Positions 1 through 38,349 of a DNA stretch of 64,000 nt are shown here, piece by piece. Source of the DNA: Octopus sinensis (Eukaryota). Every line of letters starts with the position of its first letter. Within the stretch, counting starts at the first letter, position 1. The stretch covers positions 6,634,001-6,698,000 of the forward strand of contig NC_043026.1 in NCBI RefSeq assembly GCF_006345805.1, given 5' to 3'. Made by a program: the position numbers and the translations under genes. Under the pieces are notes generated by a model. The model saw only the letters and a program-made list of their open reading frames with translations. It did no database searches and was not told where the DNA came from.

Positions 1-218
1 GAATGCTGCTTTCTGATTGGTCAGAATCCAATGAGCCAAACTTCGAAACAAGTTCACTTTCACCTTGTGTGTGTGTCTGGGTCAAGGTGCGTGGGCGCGC
101 GAGTCCCCCCCAGACCCCGTTTTGCTTCTTGTTAAGTGTCTCACTTCGAAGAATTACAAATAAATGAGCCAAAGAGTTTCAAAACATTCGAAATATCGGC
201 GGGGTGAGGACGGGAGTA

Positions 219-531
219 GGTACTACAAGCAAACAGTGGTCCCGGTGCGCGCACTCGCAAATTCTTTTTACACAAATTAAATATCTTTCGAACAAAGTAA
301 ATAAAACGCAAAGTTTTCAGCGGTGGTGCTCCAGCATGGCCGCGGCCTTCGGGCTAAAACATTTTAAAGGATTTATAAGGATTTTAAGGATTTGAATAAT
401 TTTTTAACCCTAACCCCTAGTTTGTTTATAAAAAAAAATTAATTTACTTAGTTGTAGGATCTTACGACTTACGACTAGCTAGCGCGGATGCGCGAGTGCG
501 CGCACCGGGACCACTGTTCGCTAGTAGTACC
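219..531. mobile_element. MITE, 40-bp TIRs (GGTACTAC...), 9-bp TSD
   Basis: TIRs 219-258 and 492-531 (2 mismatches); perfect TSD ACGGGAGTA at 210-218 and 532-540. Confidence 0.9.
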
Positions 532-931
532 ACGGGAGTAATTTTAGTAAGAAAAAAAAAATTGAAGAAGTTTTAGAAATTTCCTTCTTTATTTTTTACA
601 CTCGGATTATTTTACGTGGAATCCAAAACGAATTTTGTGAAAAATGTGAAAAACGAAAAAAAAAATAAAATAATGAAATTACAATGTCAAAGGCTAATTT
701 TTTTAGCATAATTTCCATTTTCGAAAATGTCGAATCCCTTAAAGAAGAGAAAGAAAGGATTTTTTAAAAATCGAAAATGGTTTGGGGTGCCGGCAGAATT
801 CTGTTTAACTCACGACATATAACCCCCTGATGACGTTTTCCTATTTCTTTGGAATTTTTAGAAACTTTTTGTGAATTTGTATACTAAATATGGTAAAGTT
901 TTTTTTAATATTTCGAAAGTATAAATTTTTT

Positions 932-1217
932 GGCGATCATTCGTCTCTTGTAGACCTTTCCGTCGAATCCGTAAAAAACTCCTTTTTTTTTACATATGGG
1001 CTTGCGGTCTCCTACACCCCATTAAACACACACACACACATGTACATCAATGCTCCCATGCACGGTAACTTCAAAAGAACTTCCCTCGTCATACAATCGC
1101 TTTCTCTTAGTCTCTTTCGCTCTCATTACTTCAAAAGTTCCCGCAAGCCCATATGTAAAAGAAAAAAAATTTTTTACGGAAATCGACGGAAAGGTCTACT
1201 AGAGACGAAAGATTGCC
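932..1217. mobile_element. MITE with long TIRs (GGCAATC...), 8-bp TSD
   Basis: TIRs of ~75 bp; perfect TSD AATTTTTT at 924-931 and 1218-1225; same family as 6479-6923. Confidence 0.88.
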
Positions 1218-1731
1218 AATTTTTTTTAATATTTCAAATTTTTAAAAAAATTAGTTTAAAATGCGGACAGTGCGAATTTTTGGCTTAAATCCCAGCAACG
1301 GACCATTATGGGAAGAAATATATTGAAGAACCATCTTTGCGTCAGACTGACAGACAACGAAGAGAATATGAGGTGGTCATGAGATGTGCTAAAAATAACA
1401 GCTAAATGCCCCTTAAATCACACAAAGAATTTTCTATGTTTTGGTTTTCGTATAGTCGTATAATTTCTCGAATGTAGAACACAAATCTGCAAACATTTTC
1501 TGAAAATTCCAAAAAATAAAAAAGTTATAAGGGGTTTATTATGGCATGCTTAAACGAGACTTCCGCCTGGGTGCATATTCCATAATACGTCCACCCATAA
1601 ACAAACTTGTTACCAGTTGAAAATATTGGAACCCGTAAGAAACCCATTCACCGTATTTTATCACCGAGAAAGTTTCTCTCTGTAGACAAATAGTTGTAAA
1701 CACACCCACGTTGGGCTACCACACAATTTCT

Positions 1732-1958
1732 TATTTCTTTATTGCCCACAAGGGGCTAATCATAGAGAGGACAAACAAGGATATACAAAGGGATTAAGTC
1801 GATTAGATCGACTCCAGTGCGTAACTGGTACTTAATTTATCGACTCCGAAAGGTTGAAAGGCAAAGTCGACCTCGGCGGAATTTGAACTCAGAACGTAGC
1901 GGCAGACGAAATACTGATACGCATTTCGCCCGGCGTGCTAACGATTCTGCCAGTTTGC
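1732..1958 (-). mobile_element. tRNA-derived SINE (family with AAAGAAATA tail), full length
   Basis: Head GGC..CTGGCAGAATCGTTAGC, B-box-like GAGTTCAAATTCC; TSD CAATTTCT at 1724-1731 and 1959-1966. Confidence 0.85.
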
Positions 1959-2123
1959 CAATTTCTGTCTACCAAATTTAGGGCCGGGAGCTATAATAAA
2001 GGACACTTGGCAAAGATGCCACGCAGTGGGACCGAACCCCAAACCACGTGAGCTTGTTAACCATAGAGCCATACCCTAATGTTAAATATTATAAATATAT
2101 AAGTCTGGAAAGGTAAAAATAAA

Positions 2124-2310
2124 GGTACTACTTAAATACAGAGGTCCCGACCCATCAACGTAACCCTAACCCTAACTAACAATAAAACTAAGCCAAACTA
2201 ACCCTAACCCCCTAACTGGTGTGCACTGTAAAAGCATATTGTTACGAAGATGCATCGGGGCCTCTGTCTTTAAGTGGGGCCGGCGAAAAACGGGAACGAA
2301 AAATACTGAA
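2124..2310. mobile_element. Partial relative of the 219-531 MITE
   Basis: Starts GGTACTAC...GGTCCCG and carries the same internal TAACCC motifs; second TIR not found. Confidence 0.45.
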
Positions 2311-3005
2311 GTCATGGAAATTGTTGGTAGCAAAGTCGGCGGGAAGAAAGAGAAGATGCGAAACTCCTACATAATTCTTTTCTTCAGAACTTTTATCTGG
2401 CGTGACAGACAGTGTGGTAAGAAGTGCTTTTCCAAACCACATGATTCCGGGTTCAGTTCCACTGCGTGGTACCTTAGACAACTGTCTTCTATTATAGCTC
2501 GTGTCGACAATACACACACACAAACGTATATGTACCAGAGAGGTGTCTTTGTCCCCCCCCCACCACCACCACCACCTCAGTGCTTGACAATCGGTGTTGG
2601 TTTATTTACACCCCTGAAACTTAGCGGTTCTGCAAAATAGATCGGCAGAATAAATAACAGGTTAAGCAAAAAAAAAAGTACTGGAGTTGATTCGCGCTCG
2701 ACTAAAAACTCTTCGAGGCGGGCGCCCCAGCATGGCCGCAGTCTAATGACCGAAATAAGGAAAAGATGAAAATAACCATGATCTACACACTCGAAAAAAT
2801 ATATATGCAAAATGTCATTAAAAGACACGCATTAATTAGAAAGTTACAGAGAAAACATGATTACCGTGAGATGGGGCACTAAAGTGTAGTTATGCTGTCT
2901 AATATCCATCGCTGTTATAATTACGATGGTAGACTTTGGCACTTTTATCTAATTGACCCCAAAAGGATGAAAGGCCGAGCAACAAAACAAACAAGATGAA
3001 CTTAC

Positions 3006-3086
3006 ATTCTCTTCTGTTGAGAAAACGCCATAAGGTAGATTTTGGATCGGGAAATGGCTTTCGGCATCGACGGGAATAAAAGACAT
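3006..3086 (-). CDS. FAH: Fumarylacetoacetase, coding exon 1 (gene continues beyond the left edge of the window)
   Basis: ATG at 3086-3084 gives [27 protein letters not shown] (27 codons), then a GTAAGT donor. Closely matches the FAH N-terminus (human [24 protein letters not shown]). No exon 2 found in 1-3005. Confidence 0.93.
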
Positions 3087-3326
3087 TTTGGGGAAAAGTT
3101 TCAATGTAGATACAAAGCGGTGCGAGAGGAAAGTAGAAATGGCTTTTATCATAAGAGAGAGAGAGGGATAGAAGGGAGACAGAATGAGGGTAAGAGAGAG
3201 AGAGAGAGAGAGGTGGGGGAAGTGATAGAGAGAGAAGGGGAGGGAGATAAATAGATAAAGGGATAGACAGATAGATAGGCACAGAGAGAGAGAGAGACAG
3301 ACACTGGGAGAGATATACAGAGAGAG

Positions 3327-3361
<35 letters not shown>

Positions 3362-5445
3362 GACAGACAGAAGGAGTGGAGTATAGGAAGACAGAGAGAG
3401 GGAGAGAGGAGAGATAAATAGATAGAAAGATATGCAGAGAGGGACTAACAGATAGAGAGAGAGAGAGAGAGATAACTGAGAAGGAGAAAGATATAGGTAG
3501 AGAGACAGATAAAGAAATAGACAGACAGAGAGAGAAAGAGATAGACAGACAGAAAGAGATAGATAAAGTGAGAGAGAGAGAGGGGGCGGTGATAAGAATT
3601 TTAAGATACCCGTTTGAATGAGGGGGAAGGTCGATTGGAGGGTGGGAGGGACCGAAGCTGGATCTGGGCGAAGACAAAACTTTCGCTAAAGTTCCGCTCG
3701 CCTCACAATCTGTGTGTTTGTGTGTGTGTGTGATACACGATGGGATTCTTTCGGTTTGTGTCTAGCAGACAGACAGACAGATTTTCTTCAAATATGGAAT
3801 ACATAAGGTTTGCTGTGAAGAACAAAAGGGACCAAGAAGGGGGCTGGTAAACAGTAGCATCAGTAAATGAAAATAGGGGTTTAAGTACATACGATGTCGG
3901 GTGGGGAGTTGAATATGAATGAGGTGAAGAGAGGAGGGAGTAGGGGGTCCCGAATCAGGCAAGAATATGAACTTTCACATTCTTCCACTTCTAAGCGCAT
4001 GTCTATCAATGTTTGTGTGTGTGTGTGTGCGTGTGTGTTTGTGTGAGTCTTTCATGGCTCTGTGGTAAGAAGCTTGCTTCCCAACCACGTTTCTGGGTTC
4101 AGTCCCACTGCAAGGCACTTTGGGCAAGCGTCTTCTACTATAGCCTTGGGCTCACCAAAGCCTTGTGAGTGGATTTGGTAGATGGAAACTGAAAGAAGCC
4201 CGTCGTGTGGATGTGCATGTAGGTGCAGGCATGGCTGTGTGGTCTACTTTCCCAACCACATGGTTCTGGGTTCAGTCCCACTGCATGGCACCTTGGGCGA
4301 GCGTCTTCTAATATAGCCTCAGGCTCACCAAAGCCTTGTGAGTGGATTTGGTAGATGGAAACTGAAAGAAGCCCGTCAAGCACACATTTCTCTCTCGGAG
4401 TGGTTGGTGTTAGAGGAAGGGCATCCAGCCGTAGAAGACCATGCCAAATCAGACTGGAGTCTGGTGCAGCCTTGCAGCTCACCAGCCCTGGTCACACTGT
4501 CCAACCCATGCCAGCATGGACAACGGATGTTAAATGATGATGATGATGATATATACGTGTGTGTGTGTATGTCTTTTGGGTCTGTGTTTGTCCCCACTAC
4601 CGCTTCATACACACACACGTAACTCAGTGGTTAGGCAAACGTGATCGATAAAACAGGTACCAGGCTCTAAAATTTTAAGTACTGGAGTCGATTCTTTCAG
4701 TTAAAAAGTTTTTAAGGTGGTGCCCCAGCATGGCCACATTGTAAAATGTAGAATATCGCTCAAGGACGCAACGCACCGTCGGGAATCGAACTCGTAACCT
4801 TACGACCGTCAGCCAAGCACTCTGACCCCTAAACCACATTCACTAATTAGAAAAAGCAAATACATAAAAATACAAGAAAGTACGAAACTAAAAGAGTTAA
4901 AGCATTCGGCAAAGTTTACATAAAAAATTATTAAAATGAATATAATTGTATTTTATGGAGTTCTAAATTGTATTCTATCGGAATGTTCCAGCATTTTTTC
5001 ATGCAAATGTAAGTTATAATTACATAACAACCTAGAGTTCAAATTCCACCGAGGTCAACTTGGCCTTTCATCGTTTCGGGGGTCAATAAAAAAAGTATCA
5101 ATTGAACACCGAGGGGGGGGGGCCGATGTAATCGATATATAATCGACTCATCCCCGTCAAGGCCTCTGAAATTACTGCGCTCGTGTCTATAGCAGGAAGA
5201 ACTATTATTATTATTATTATTATTGTTGTTGTGGATGTTGGAGTTTAGCAGATACGAAACTAAAAAAGGTCCTGTTTGACTTTGCCAATCCGCATGGCAA
5301 AGACATCCGGCGAGGGTTTCACATCGAAGGAGAACCTGCCTGGGACATAATTAAGGTCCCCAACACACACACGCATATATATAACACAACGATATTATAT
5401 TACCTACTCTACTAGCTACCCCGATCCCTCTGTGCCACCTGTAAA

Positions 5446-5490
<45 letters not shown>

Positions 5491-5829
5491 AAATAGAACA
5501 TTAATTGGGCGAGCACCTTGCCCTGTCTCTCTCTTACACATAGACATAATCTAATATATTTTTTATACATTATATTATATTATACACCGTACAGGCTGTC
5601 CCACCCCCCTCTATGCCACCTGTACACAAGCTGTAGATATATGTGTATATATATTATAGGACACTGCTCGGCTATCGTGAAGGACCTTGCCCTCCCTTTG
5701 CGGTTATAAACATACTTACTTAAACACGTATATACATATCTATTTACACACACACACTGTATATATATATACAGAGAGAGAGAGAAGTATTATTGAAGTT
5801 GTGTGACGTGGTGGCTCTCATCCTTCGTC
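3087..5829. promoter_or_regulatory. Divergent FAH / MCCC2 intergenic interval (both 5' regulatory regions)
   Basis: ATG-to-ATG gap of ~2.74 kb. Unique GC-richer patches at ~3620-3720 and ~5240-5345; TGACGTGG (CRE/G-box-like) at ~5804; SINE debris in the middle. Confidence 0.5.
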
Positions 5830-31737
<25,908 letters not shown>

Positions 31738-33070
31738 ATTATGTATTTCAGGTGGGTGGGGGGACTGAAACCCACAAAAAATGAAAAAAAAAAGAAGAAG
31801 GGGAAGAGGCACAAATGAGTGTATGTTTATGTGTATATATAGGTGTGTGTGTGTGTGTTGATGCAGTATAGACCTATTTGTAGTAAGATCGTACCCCTCT
31901 CAATCTGACCCCTTTTCTGTCTAATCTAATCAAAAATGGATATCTCGCTTTGCTTCAGAATTATTGTTTGGGTCACAAGATCTTTAATGGCTTTGAATAG
32001 CAGAGGCATGAACCTCGCTACTTCCCACGTCTTCTCGCACCTTCCATTCCTCCACCACGCACACATTCCCTGGCCAGTCCTCACCTTCCCGTTCTTTGCC
32101 GTTGCCACCACGAAATAAAGACAGTGTGTGATTTCAGATGTGATATGGCTGTTGTTTCTAGCAGATTATGTAACCATATATAGCCTACTTCTTTGGGGTT
32201 TTTTTTCAAAAATTTATGACATCACAAGGGTGTTTATATTTATGACATTACTGGTGTATTTGTGACATCACAGTTCTGTTTTGATATAGGACCCCACTGG
32301 TTTTAGCCCTTAGTGTATAAACCAGCCATATCTAGCCCCAGTATTCCACCTGTCTTAAGTTCAACATTTGTCCTAAACCAGGACTGCCATGTTATGTTGG
32401 CAAACAGTCTTTACTATGAGGGTCACAACCTTTCCATGTGAGATGTCATAGCTATCTTTACACAACAACTAGTTAAACAAACACATTTAGATTCCAAAGG
32501 TCATGACCAGGATTTTTGGAGCTGTGACCCCACCTTTAGAATATGACCTCATATAAGAGGTCATTATGATCTTTGTGAGGTTATGACTTTGTTTTGAAGT
32601 CATAAGTACATGCACAAAGTCATAAGCTTGTTTTTGCAGCTATGACCTCCATGTCATTTCAGTCTATGCCCCCCATATATGAAGTCATAATATCAATCAT
32701 AAAGTTATGATTTTATATTTTAAAATTATGACCTCATGTTACAAGTTATGATCCCATGCAGGGGTCACCACTGCATGCATAAGGTCCTATGTCTGGACCT
32801 CTGACCTTGTACAAAAGGTCAATGTATTTGGGATTTTTTTTTATTTTTCTTATTTTATTTATTTATATATTTTAGTTGGTTTTTTTTATTGTTTTTGGAA
32901 ACTTTTCAATAATTTTGCAGAATATTTGTTTTTGAATATTGGAATCGGGTCAGATTGAACTGGGGTCCCCTAGGTTATGGGTGCTAAAACTCATGTTAAT
33001 AATGTTTCTGTTATTGCAAAAGGGAAAAAAAAAAAGAAAATAAAAATAAAAAACTAGTAAATAAATCACT
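31738..33070 (+). other. Probable MCCC2 3'UTR ending at clustered poly(A) signals
   Basis: Mostly repeat-free sequence after the stop; overlapping AATAAA motifs at ~33039-33064 followed by a T-rich tract. Confidence 0.5.
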
Positions 33071-33434
33071 TGACATATTTCCTCTGTTGTTTTTGTTTTT
33101 TGTTTTTTTTTTATATACCAGTCATATACTCGGGCTGTATTCAGTCCAAGTACACTTCAACAGATCTCTCTCTCTCTCTCTCTGTTCATGCACACCATCA
33201 TCATTTTACTTAACGTCCACTTTTCCATGCTTGCATGGGTCAGGCGGGAATTTGTTGAGGCAGAGGTTTCTGCAGCTGGGAGGCCCTTCCTGTCAGCAAC
33301 CCTCCCAGAAGATTGCAAATGAACGACACCGCTTGTATGAAGGTGGTGCTTGTTTACAACTATTATGTGATGTCAAGACAAGGGGACACTCACACACACA
33401 CACACATGCATTCATACAACACACTATCTCTCTT

Positions 33435-33468
<34 letters not shown>

Positions 33469-34244
33469 AGAAAGCACCACCTGACCGTGTCCGTTGCCAG
33501 CGCCGCCCCGACTGGCCTCCGTGCCAGTGGCACGTAGAAAGCACCTTCCGATCGTGGCCGTTGCCAGCCTTGCCTGGCCCCCGTGACAGTGGCACGTAAA
33601 AAGCACCATCCGTCTGTGGTCGTTTGCCAGCTCCGTCTGGCACCTGTGCAGGTGGCACGTAAAAAGCACCCACTACACTCACGGAGTGGTTGGCGTTAGG
33701 AAGGGCATCCAGTCGTAGAAACACTGCCAGATCAGACTGGGCCTGATGCAGCCTCCGGGCTTCACAGACCCCAGTTGAACCGTCCAACCCATGCCAGCAT
33801 GGAAAGCGGACGCTGAATGATGATGAGAGAGAGCTTTTTGGCCTTTTGTATAAGATCAAAGTGTAATATATATATAAATCTATTATAATCTATTATATAG
33901 GCACAGGAGTGGCTGTGTGGTTCTGGGTTCAGTCCCACTGCTTGGCACCTTGGGCAAGTGTCTTCTACTATAGCCTCGGACCGACCAAAGCCTTATGAGT
34001 GGATTTGGTAGACGGAAACTGAAGGAAGCCCGTCATATATATGTATATATATGTGTGTGTTTGTGTGTCTGTATTTGTCCCCCTAGCATTGCTTGACAAC
34101 CGATGCTGGCGTGTTTATGTCCCCGTTACTTAGCGGTTTGGCAAAAGAGACTGATAGAATAAGTCCCGGGGTCGAGTTGCCCGATTAAAGGCGGTGCTCC
34201 AGCATGGCCACAGTCAAATGACTGAAACAAGTAAAAGAGAATAA

Positions 34245-34545
34245 TGGAATAATTAAGGAACACGTGCAGGCAGACACTTCCATGAAGAAACGTCTACAGA
34301 AATGCCAGACCCGGGGATTCACAGGGCACGTCAAGGCAACAGAGCAGAACAGGGGCAACCTTAGAATCTCTGAGGCCATCCTCATACACCGAAAAAAACC
34401 CAAGATCAACAACAGAAGGGAGTTACAGGAAGCCAGCTCATTGCTATAGCAACACCCTTCATGCTCACACACGTGCACATCAGCAACGTTCGTCAATTTC
34501 TTGAAAATGGGGTCATAACCCTGAAATATTGAACACAAGGTAAGT
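34245..34545 (+). mobile_element. Penelope-like element 3' relic (GIY-YIG endonuclease C-terminus)
   Basis: IKEH...RISEAILIHRKKPKINNRRE resembles the PLE GIY-YIG C-terminal EAxxIxxxxPxLN motif; degenerate hammerhead-like motif at 34501-34530. Confidence 0.6.
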
Positions 34546-34811
34546 CTACATTAATTCACATATTATCATTATTATTATTATTATTATCAAGGTGGTGAGC
34601 TGGCAGAATCGTTAGCACGCTGAGCAAAATGTTTAGCAGTATTTTGTCCGTCTTTACATTCTGAGTTCAAATTCCACTTTGGTTGACTTTGCTTTTCATC
34701 CTTTCAGGGTCGATAAATTTAGTACCAGTGAATCGCTGGGGTTGATGTAATCAACAACCCTTTCTCTTTTGCAAGAAATTTCAGGCCTTGTATCTTTAGT
34801 AGAAAGGATTA

Positions 34812-35104
34812 TCTTTATATATAAAACTGTAGTTGTGTGTGTGTCTGTCTCCAGCGATTTAGATTCCTAACTACTCCCACATTTTGCGGTGCAGTTTAAC
34901 CAAACCTGGGTATCTTATAGTCGTGATTCATATCGAGCCCTTCTGGGTATTAGCGCGCGTCTACGATTTAAAAAAAAATTTACCATCATTTTTCCGCATT
35001 TTTAATCCATTTTTGCTTGATTCTTATAAGGGAAGTAACTCTCTAAAAATGCTTATATAGTTATTTCCCTTACAAACCCGAGCAACGCCGGGCGATACTG
35101 CTTG
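34812..35104 (+). mobile_element. Non-autonomous Helitron
   Basis: A|TCTTTATATATAAAA start; CCCGAGCAACGCCGGG hairpin; CTTG|T end (CTAG variant). Confidence 0.82.
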
Positions 35105-35599
35105 TTATTATTAAAAAGCATCCAGTCCACACTGTGAAGTGGTGGGTGATTGGAAGAGCATCCAGCTGTAAAAGCCCTGCCAAAACTGACCTTGCCCCTG
35201 CTGGGGCCAAGTAAAAAGCACCGAGTCCACTCTGTAGGTTGCATGGTGTTAGGTGGGACAACGGGCAGCTGTAGAGACCATGCTAAAACAGACATGGGTG
35301 TGGTGCAGTCTTCTGTCTGGTCAGCCCCTGTCGAACTGTCCAACCCATGCCAGCATGGGAGGCAGACGTTAAACAATGATGATGATGGTTTAAGCATCAG
35401 ACAAAACCGAGAGACATACACATCATCATCATCATCATCATCATTTAGCGTCCGCTTTCCATGCTAGCATGGATTGGACGGTTTAACTTGGGTCTGGGAA
35501 GCCAGAAGGCTGCACCAGGCTCCAGTCTTATCTGGCAGTGTTTCTACAGCTGGATGCCCTTCCTAACACCAACCACTCCGTGGGTGTAGTGGGTGCCTT

Positions 35600-36322
35600 T
35601 TACGTGCCACCGGCATAGGTGCCATGCGGGGCTGGCAAACGGCCACGGACAGATGGTGCTTTTTATGTGCCACCGGCATGGGGGCCAGGCAGGGCTGGCA
35701 AACGGCCACGGACGGATGGTGCTTTCTATGTGCCACCGGCACGGGGGCCAGACGAGGCTGGCAACGGCCACGAACGAATGGTGCTTTCTATGTGCCACCG
35801 GCACGGGGGCCAGACGAGGCTGGCAACAGCCACGAACGGATGGTGCTTTCTATGTGCCACCAGCACGGGGGCCAGGCGAGGCTGGCAACAGCCACGAACG
35901 GATGGTGCTTTCTATGTGCCACCAGCACGGGGGCCAGGCGAGGCTGGCAACGGCCACGAACGGATGGTGCTTTCTATGTGCCACCGGCACGGGGGCCAGG
36001 CGAGGCTGGCAACGGCCACAATCGGATGGTGCTTTCTATGTGCCACCGGCACGGGGGCCAGGCGAGGCTGGCAACGGCCACGAACGGATGGTGCTTTCTA
36101 TGTGCCACCGGCACGGGGGCCAGGCGAGGCTGGCAACGGCCACGAACGGATGGTGCTTTCTATGTGCCACCAGCACGGGGGCCAGGCGAGGCTGGCAATG
36201 GCCACGAACGGATGGTGCTTTCTATGTGCCACCAGCACGGGGGCCAGGCGAGGCTGGCAACGGCCATGAACGGATGGTGCTTTCTATGTGCCACCGGCAC
36301 GGGGGCCAGGCGAGGCTGGCAA
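35600..36322. repeat. 62-bp minisatellite, ~12 copies, inside the VNTR module
   Basis: AGGCTGGC recurs at 35941, 36003 and 36065. Confidence 0.93.
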
Positions 36323-36539
36323 CACATTTACACAATCCCCTATACATGCACACACACACTTATATATCATCAATACATACATGTACGCACACCATTCAAA
36401 CACATGCATATGTATACACACACACACACACATTTCTATGTACAACATGCTTGGACAAGAATCAATGAGGGGGAGCCTGCAAGAAATAGCAGCCAAATCT
36501 CCCTGAAAATCACTCTAATGTCTTAAAAAAAGAAGGAAA

Positions 36540-37175
36540 CGGCACATGATGTAGTCGTAGATTCGTAGATATACCCCTAAAACGATGGAATGGTCAAAGC
36601 TGGAATGTCTTTGATCATAGCTCTGTTGGATTTGGGCTGATCTAGGACTAAGCACTGACAAGGAAGTGCACATTAGACAGTGTAGTCCTAGGTGCACTTT
36701 AACTGAATACAAAATGGGATGGTCACAGCTGGAACCTTTTTTTCACTGGATCAGGACTGACCTGGGGCTAAACAACAACAACAAGGGAGAACACATCAGA
36801 TAATGTAGTCCTAGATACACTTATATCTGAATAAAAGATGGAGTGGTCATAACTGGAACATCCTTGATCATAACTCCCTTGGACTTTGGCTGACTTGGGG
36901 TTGAACAACAACAACAAGGGCGGATACATTAGATAATGTAGTCCTAGATACACTATATCTGAATAAAAGATGGGGTGGTCATGCCTGGAACGCCTTTAGT
37001 CATAGGTCTATCTGAGTCAGGATTCACCAGGGCTAAACAATAATAACCACAGAGAAGGGCACATTATATAGTGTAGTTCAAGATATGCTATGCCAGGACT
37101 AAAAAAAAAGGCTGGTCACAGCTGGATCGATTCTGATTACAGGTGGTCTGCTGGATCAAGACTGACCCAGGGCTA
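36540..37175 (-). repeat. ~125-135-bp degenerate tandem repeat (about 5 units)
   Basis: TAGCCCCAGGTCAGTCC...TATGATC...TTCCAGCTGTGACCATC...TCTAGGACTACAT unit; plus-strand copies at 15950-16520, 16840-16945 and 43835-43955. Confidence 0.7.
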
Positions 37176-37706
37176 AATAGCCACAACATGTTCAAGCTTG
37201 GTGTGTTTGCTATTGAGGCCCACCACGACCACCACCACCACCCACCCACCCTCTTCTCCTTTCAACAAATTTAGTAGGGTATATTTTAGCTGAGTGTGTG
37301 ACATTGCCACCTTGGAAGATAGGGTAGTATAAGGGTATAACCGGGTGGTGTGTGAGTGAGGGTGTGTACTCAATACCCTCAATTTATTGTGTATGTATGT
37401 GTGTGTGTGAGTACACGCACACATTATGTTATATCTCATTTTCTCACTCACGATACACACACACATTTGTAAGCAGGCATGTATGCAAGTATATAAATAT
37501 ACACACACACATATATATATATATGTGTGTGTGTATAGGTGCAGGAGTGGCTGTGTGGTAAGTAGCTTGCTTACCGACCACATGGTTCTGGGTTCAGTCC
37601 CACTGCGTGGCACCTTTGGCAAGTGTCTTTTACTATAGCCTCGGGAAGACCAAAGCCTTGAGATGATTTGGTAGACAGAAACTGAAAGAAGCCTGTCATA
37701 TATATG

Positions 37707-38152
37707 TAAAGTATAATAGCCATCTCAATATGGCTAACCACAAAGGGTGGGTGTTACTATAGCTTTTAACCCCAGGAGATCATCGTCTCCAGCATGCTTT
37801 AGGCACACTTTCTGTGCCCTTATGGTATTTGCAAAGGGAGGCCATCCCTTTCTCGTAAGCCTAAGTGGTACGCACCGGACCGCGGTTTCGAGGTTGTTGC
37901 CTCTTGTCAACATATGGTAATCACTGGATTACGATGAAAGGGAAAGCCTGTATGCAAATATATAAGTGTTTTTCTAGTAACTTCCGTCACTGATTTCGAA
38001 AAACTGTTTGCAAACATTATTAAATCTCTGAATGTTGCAAATACCATAAGTGTGCCTAAAGCCCACTGGAGACGATGATCTCCTTGGGCTAAAAAGCTAC
38101 AGTAACACCCACCCTTTGTGGTTAGCCATATTGAGATGGCTAGTATACTTTA
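37707..38152. mobile_element. MITE with ~120-bp TIRs
   Basis: AAGTATA(A/C)TAGCCATCTCAATATGGCTAACCACAAAGGGTGGGTGTTAC...GGTATTTGCAA mirrored at both ends; TA flanks. Confidence 0.85.
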
Positions 38153-38349
38153 AATTGTCGGGCGATTACTGTTTACATCTCGTTCAGAGATTTAATAATG
38201 CCTATATATATATAGATATATATATTGATGAAAATGGTAAGACAACAAAAGAAAGAAAGAGACCTCGATGTTATGTAAAAAGAGGAATTTATCCGAAACT
38301 CAGAGTTTTTATCATGGCTACCGAATAATTGTCACATATTACATTTACA

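Noticed and set aside
405-2215. TAACCC/CCCTAA telomere-like motifs (~405-420 and ~2160-2215)
   Set aside because: Only 2-3 units, internal to MITE-like elements; not an interstitial telomere array.
1-3005. Search for FAH exon 2 (expected RIGVAIGD-like)
   Set aside because: Not found; this interval appears to be intron 1 filled with MITEs and SINEs.
2949-3677. 242-aa ORF containing the FAH N-terminus
   Set aside because: The upstream part is translated (CT)n repeat; the true start is ATG 3086 and the frame leaves at the GT donor at 3005.
5803-5829. Upstream in-frame GTG start extending MCCC2 (MTWWLSSFV)
   Set aside because: A non-ATG start from the ORF caller; ATG 5830 gives a typical presequence and a length close to the human protein.
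35593-36526. 216-300 aa repetitive Cys/Trp-rich ORFs that look like a repeat protein, and a CRISPR-like periodic look
   Set aside because: They come from a 62-bp VNTR inside a retroelement module. The units are not separated by unique spacers and there are no cas genes in this eukaryotic DNA.
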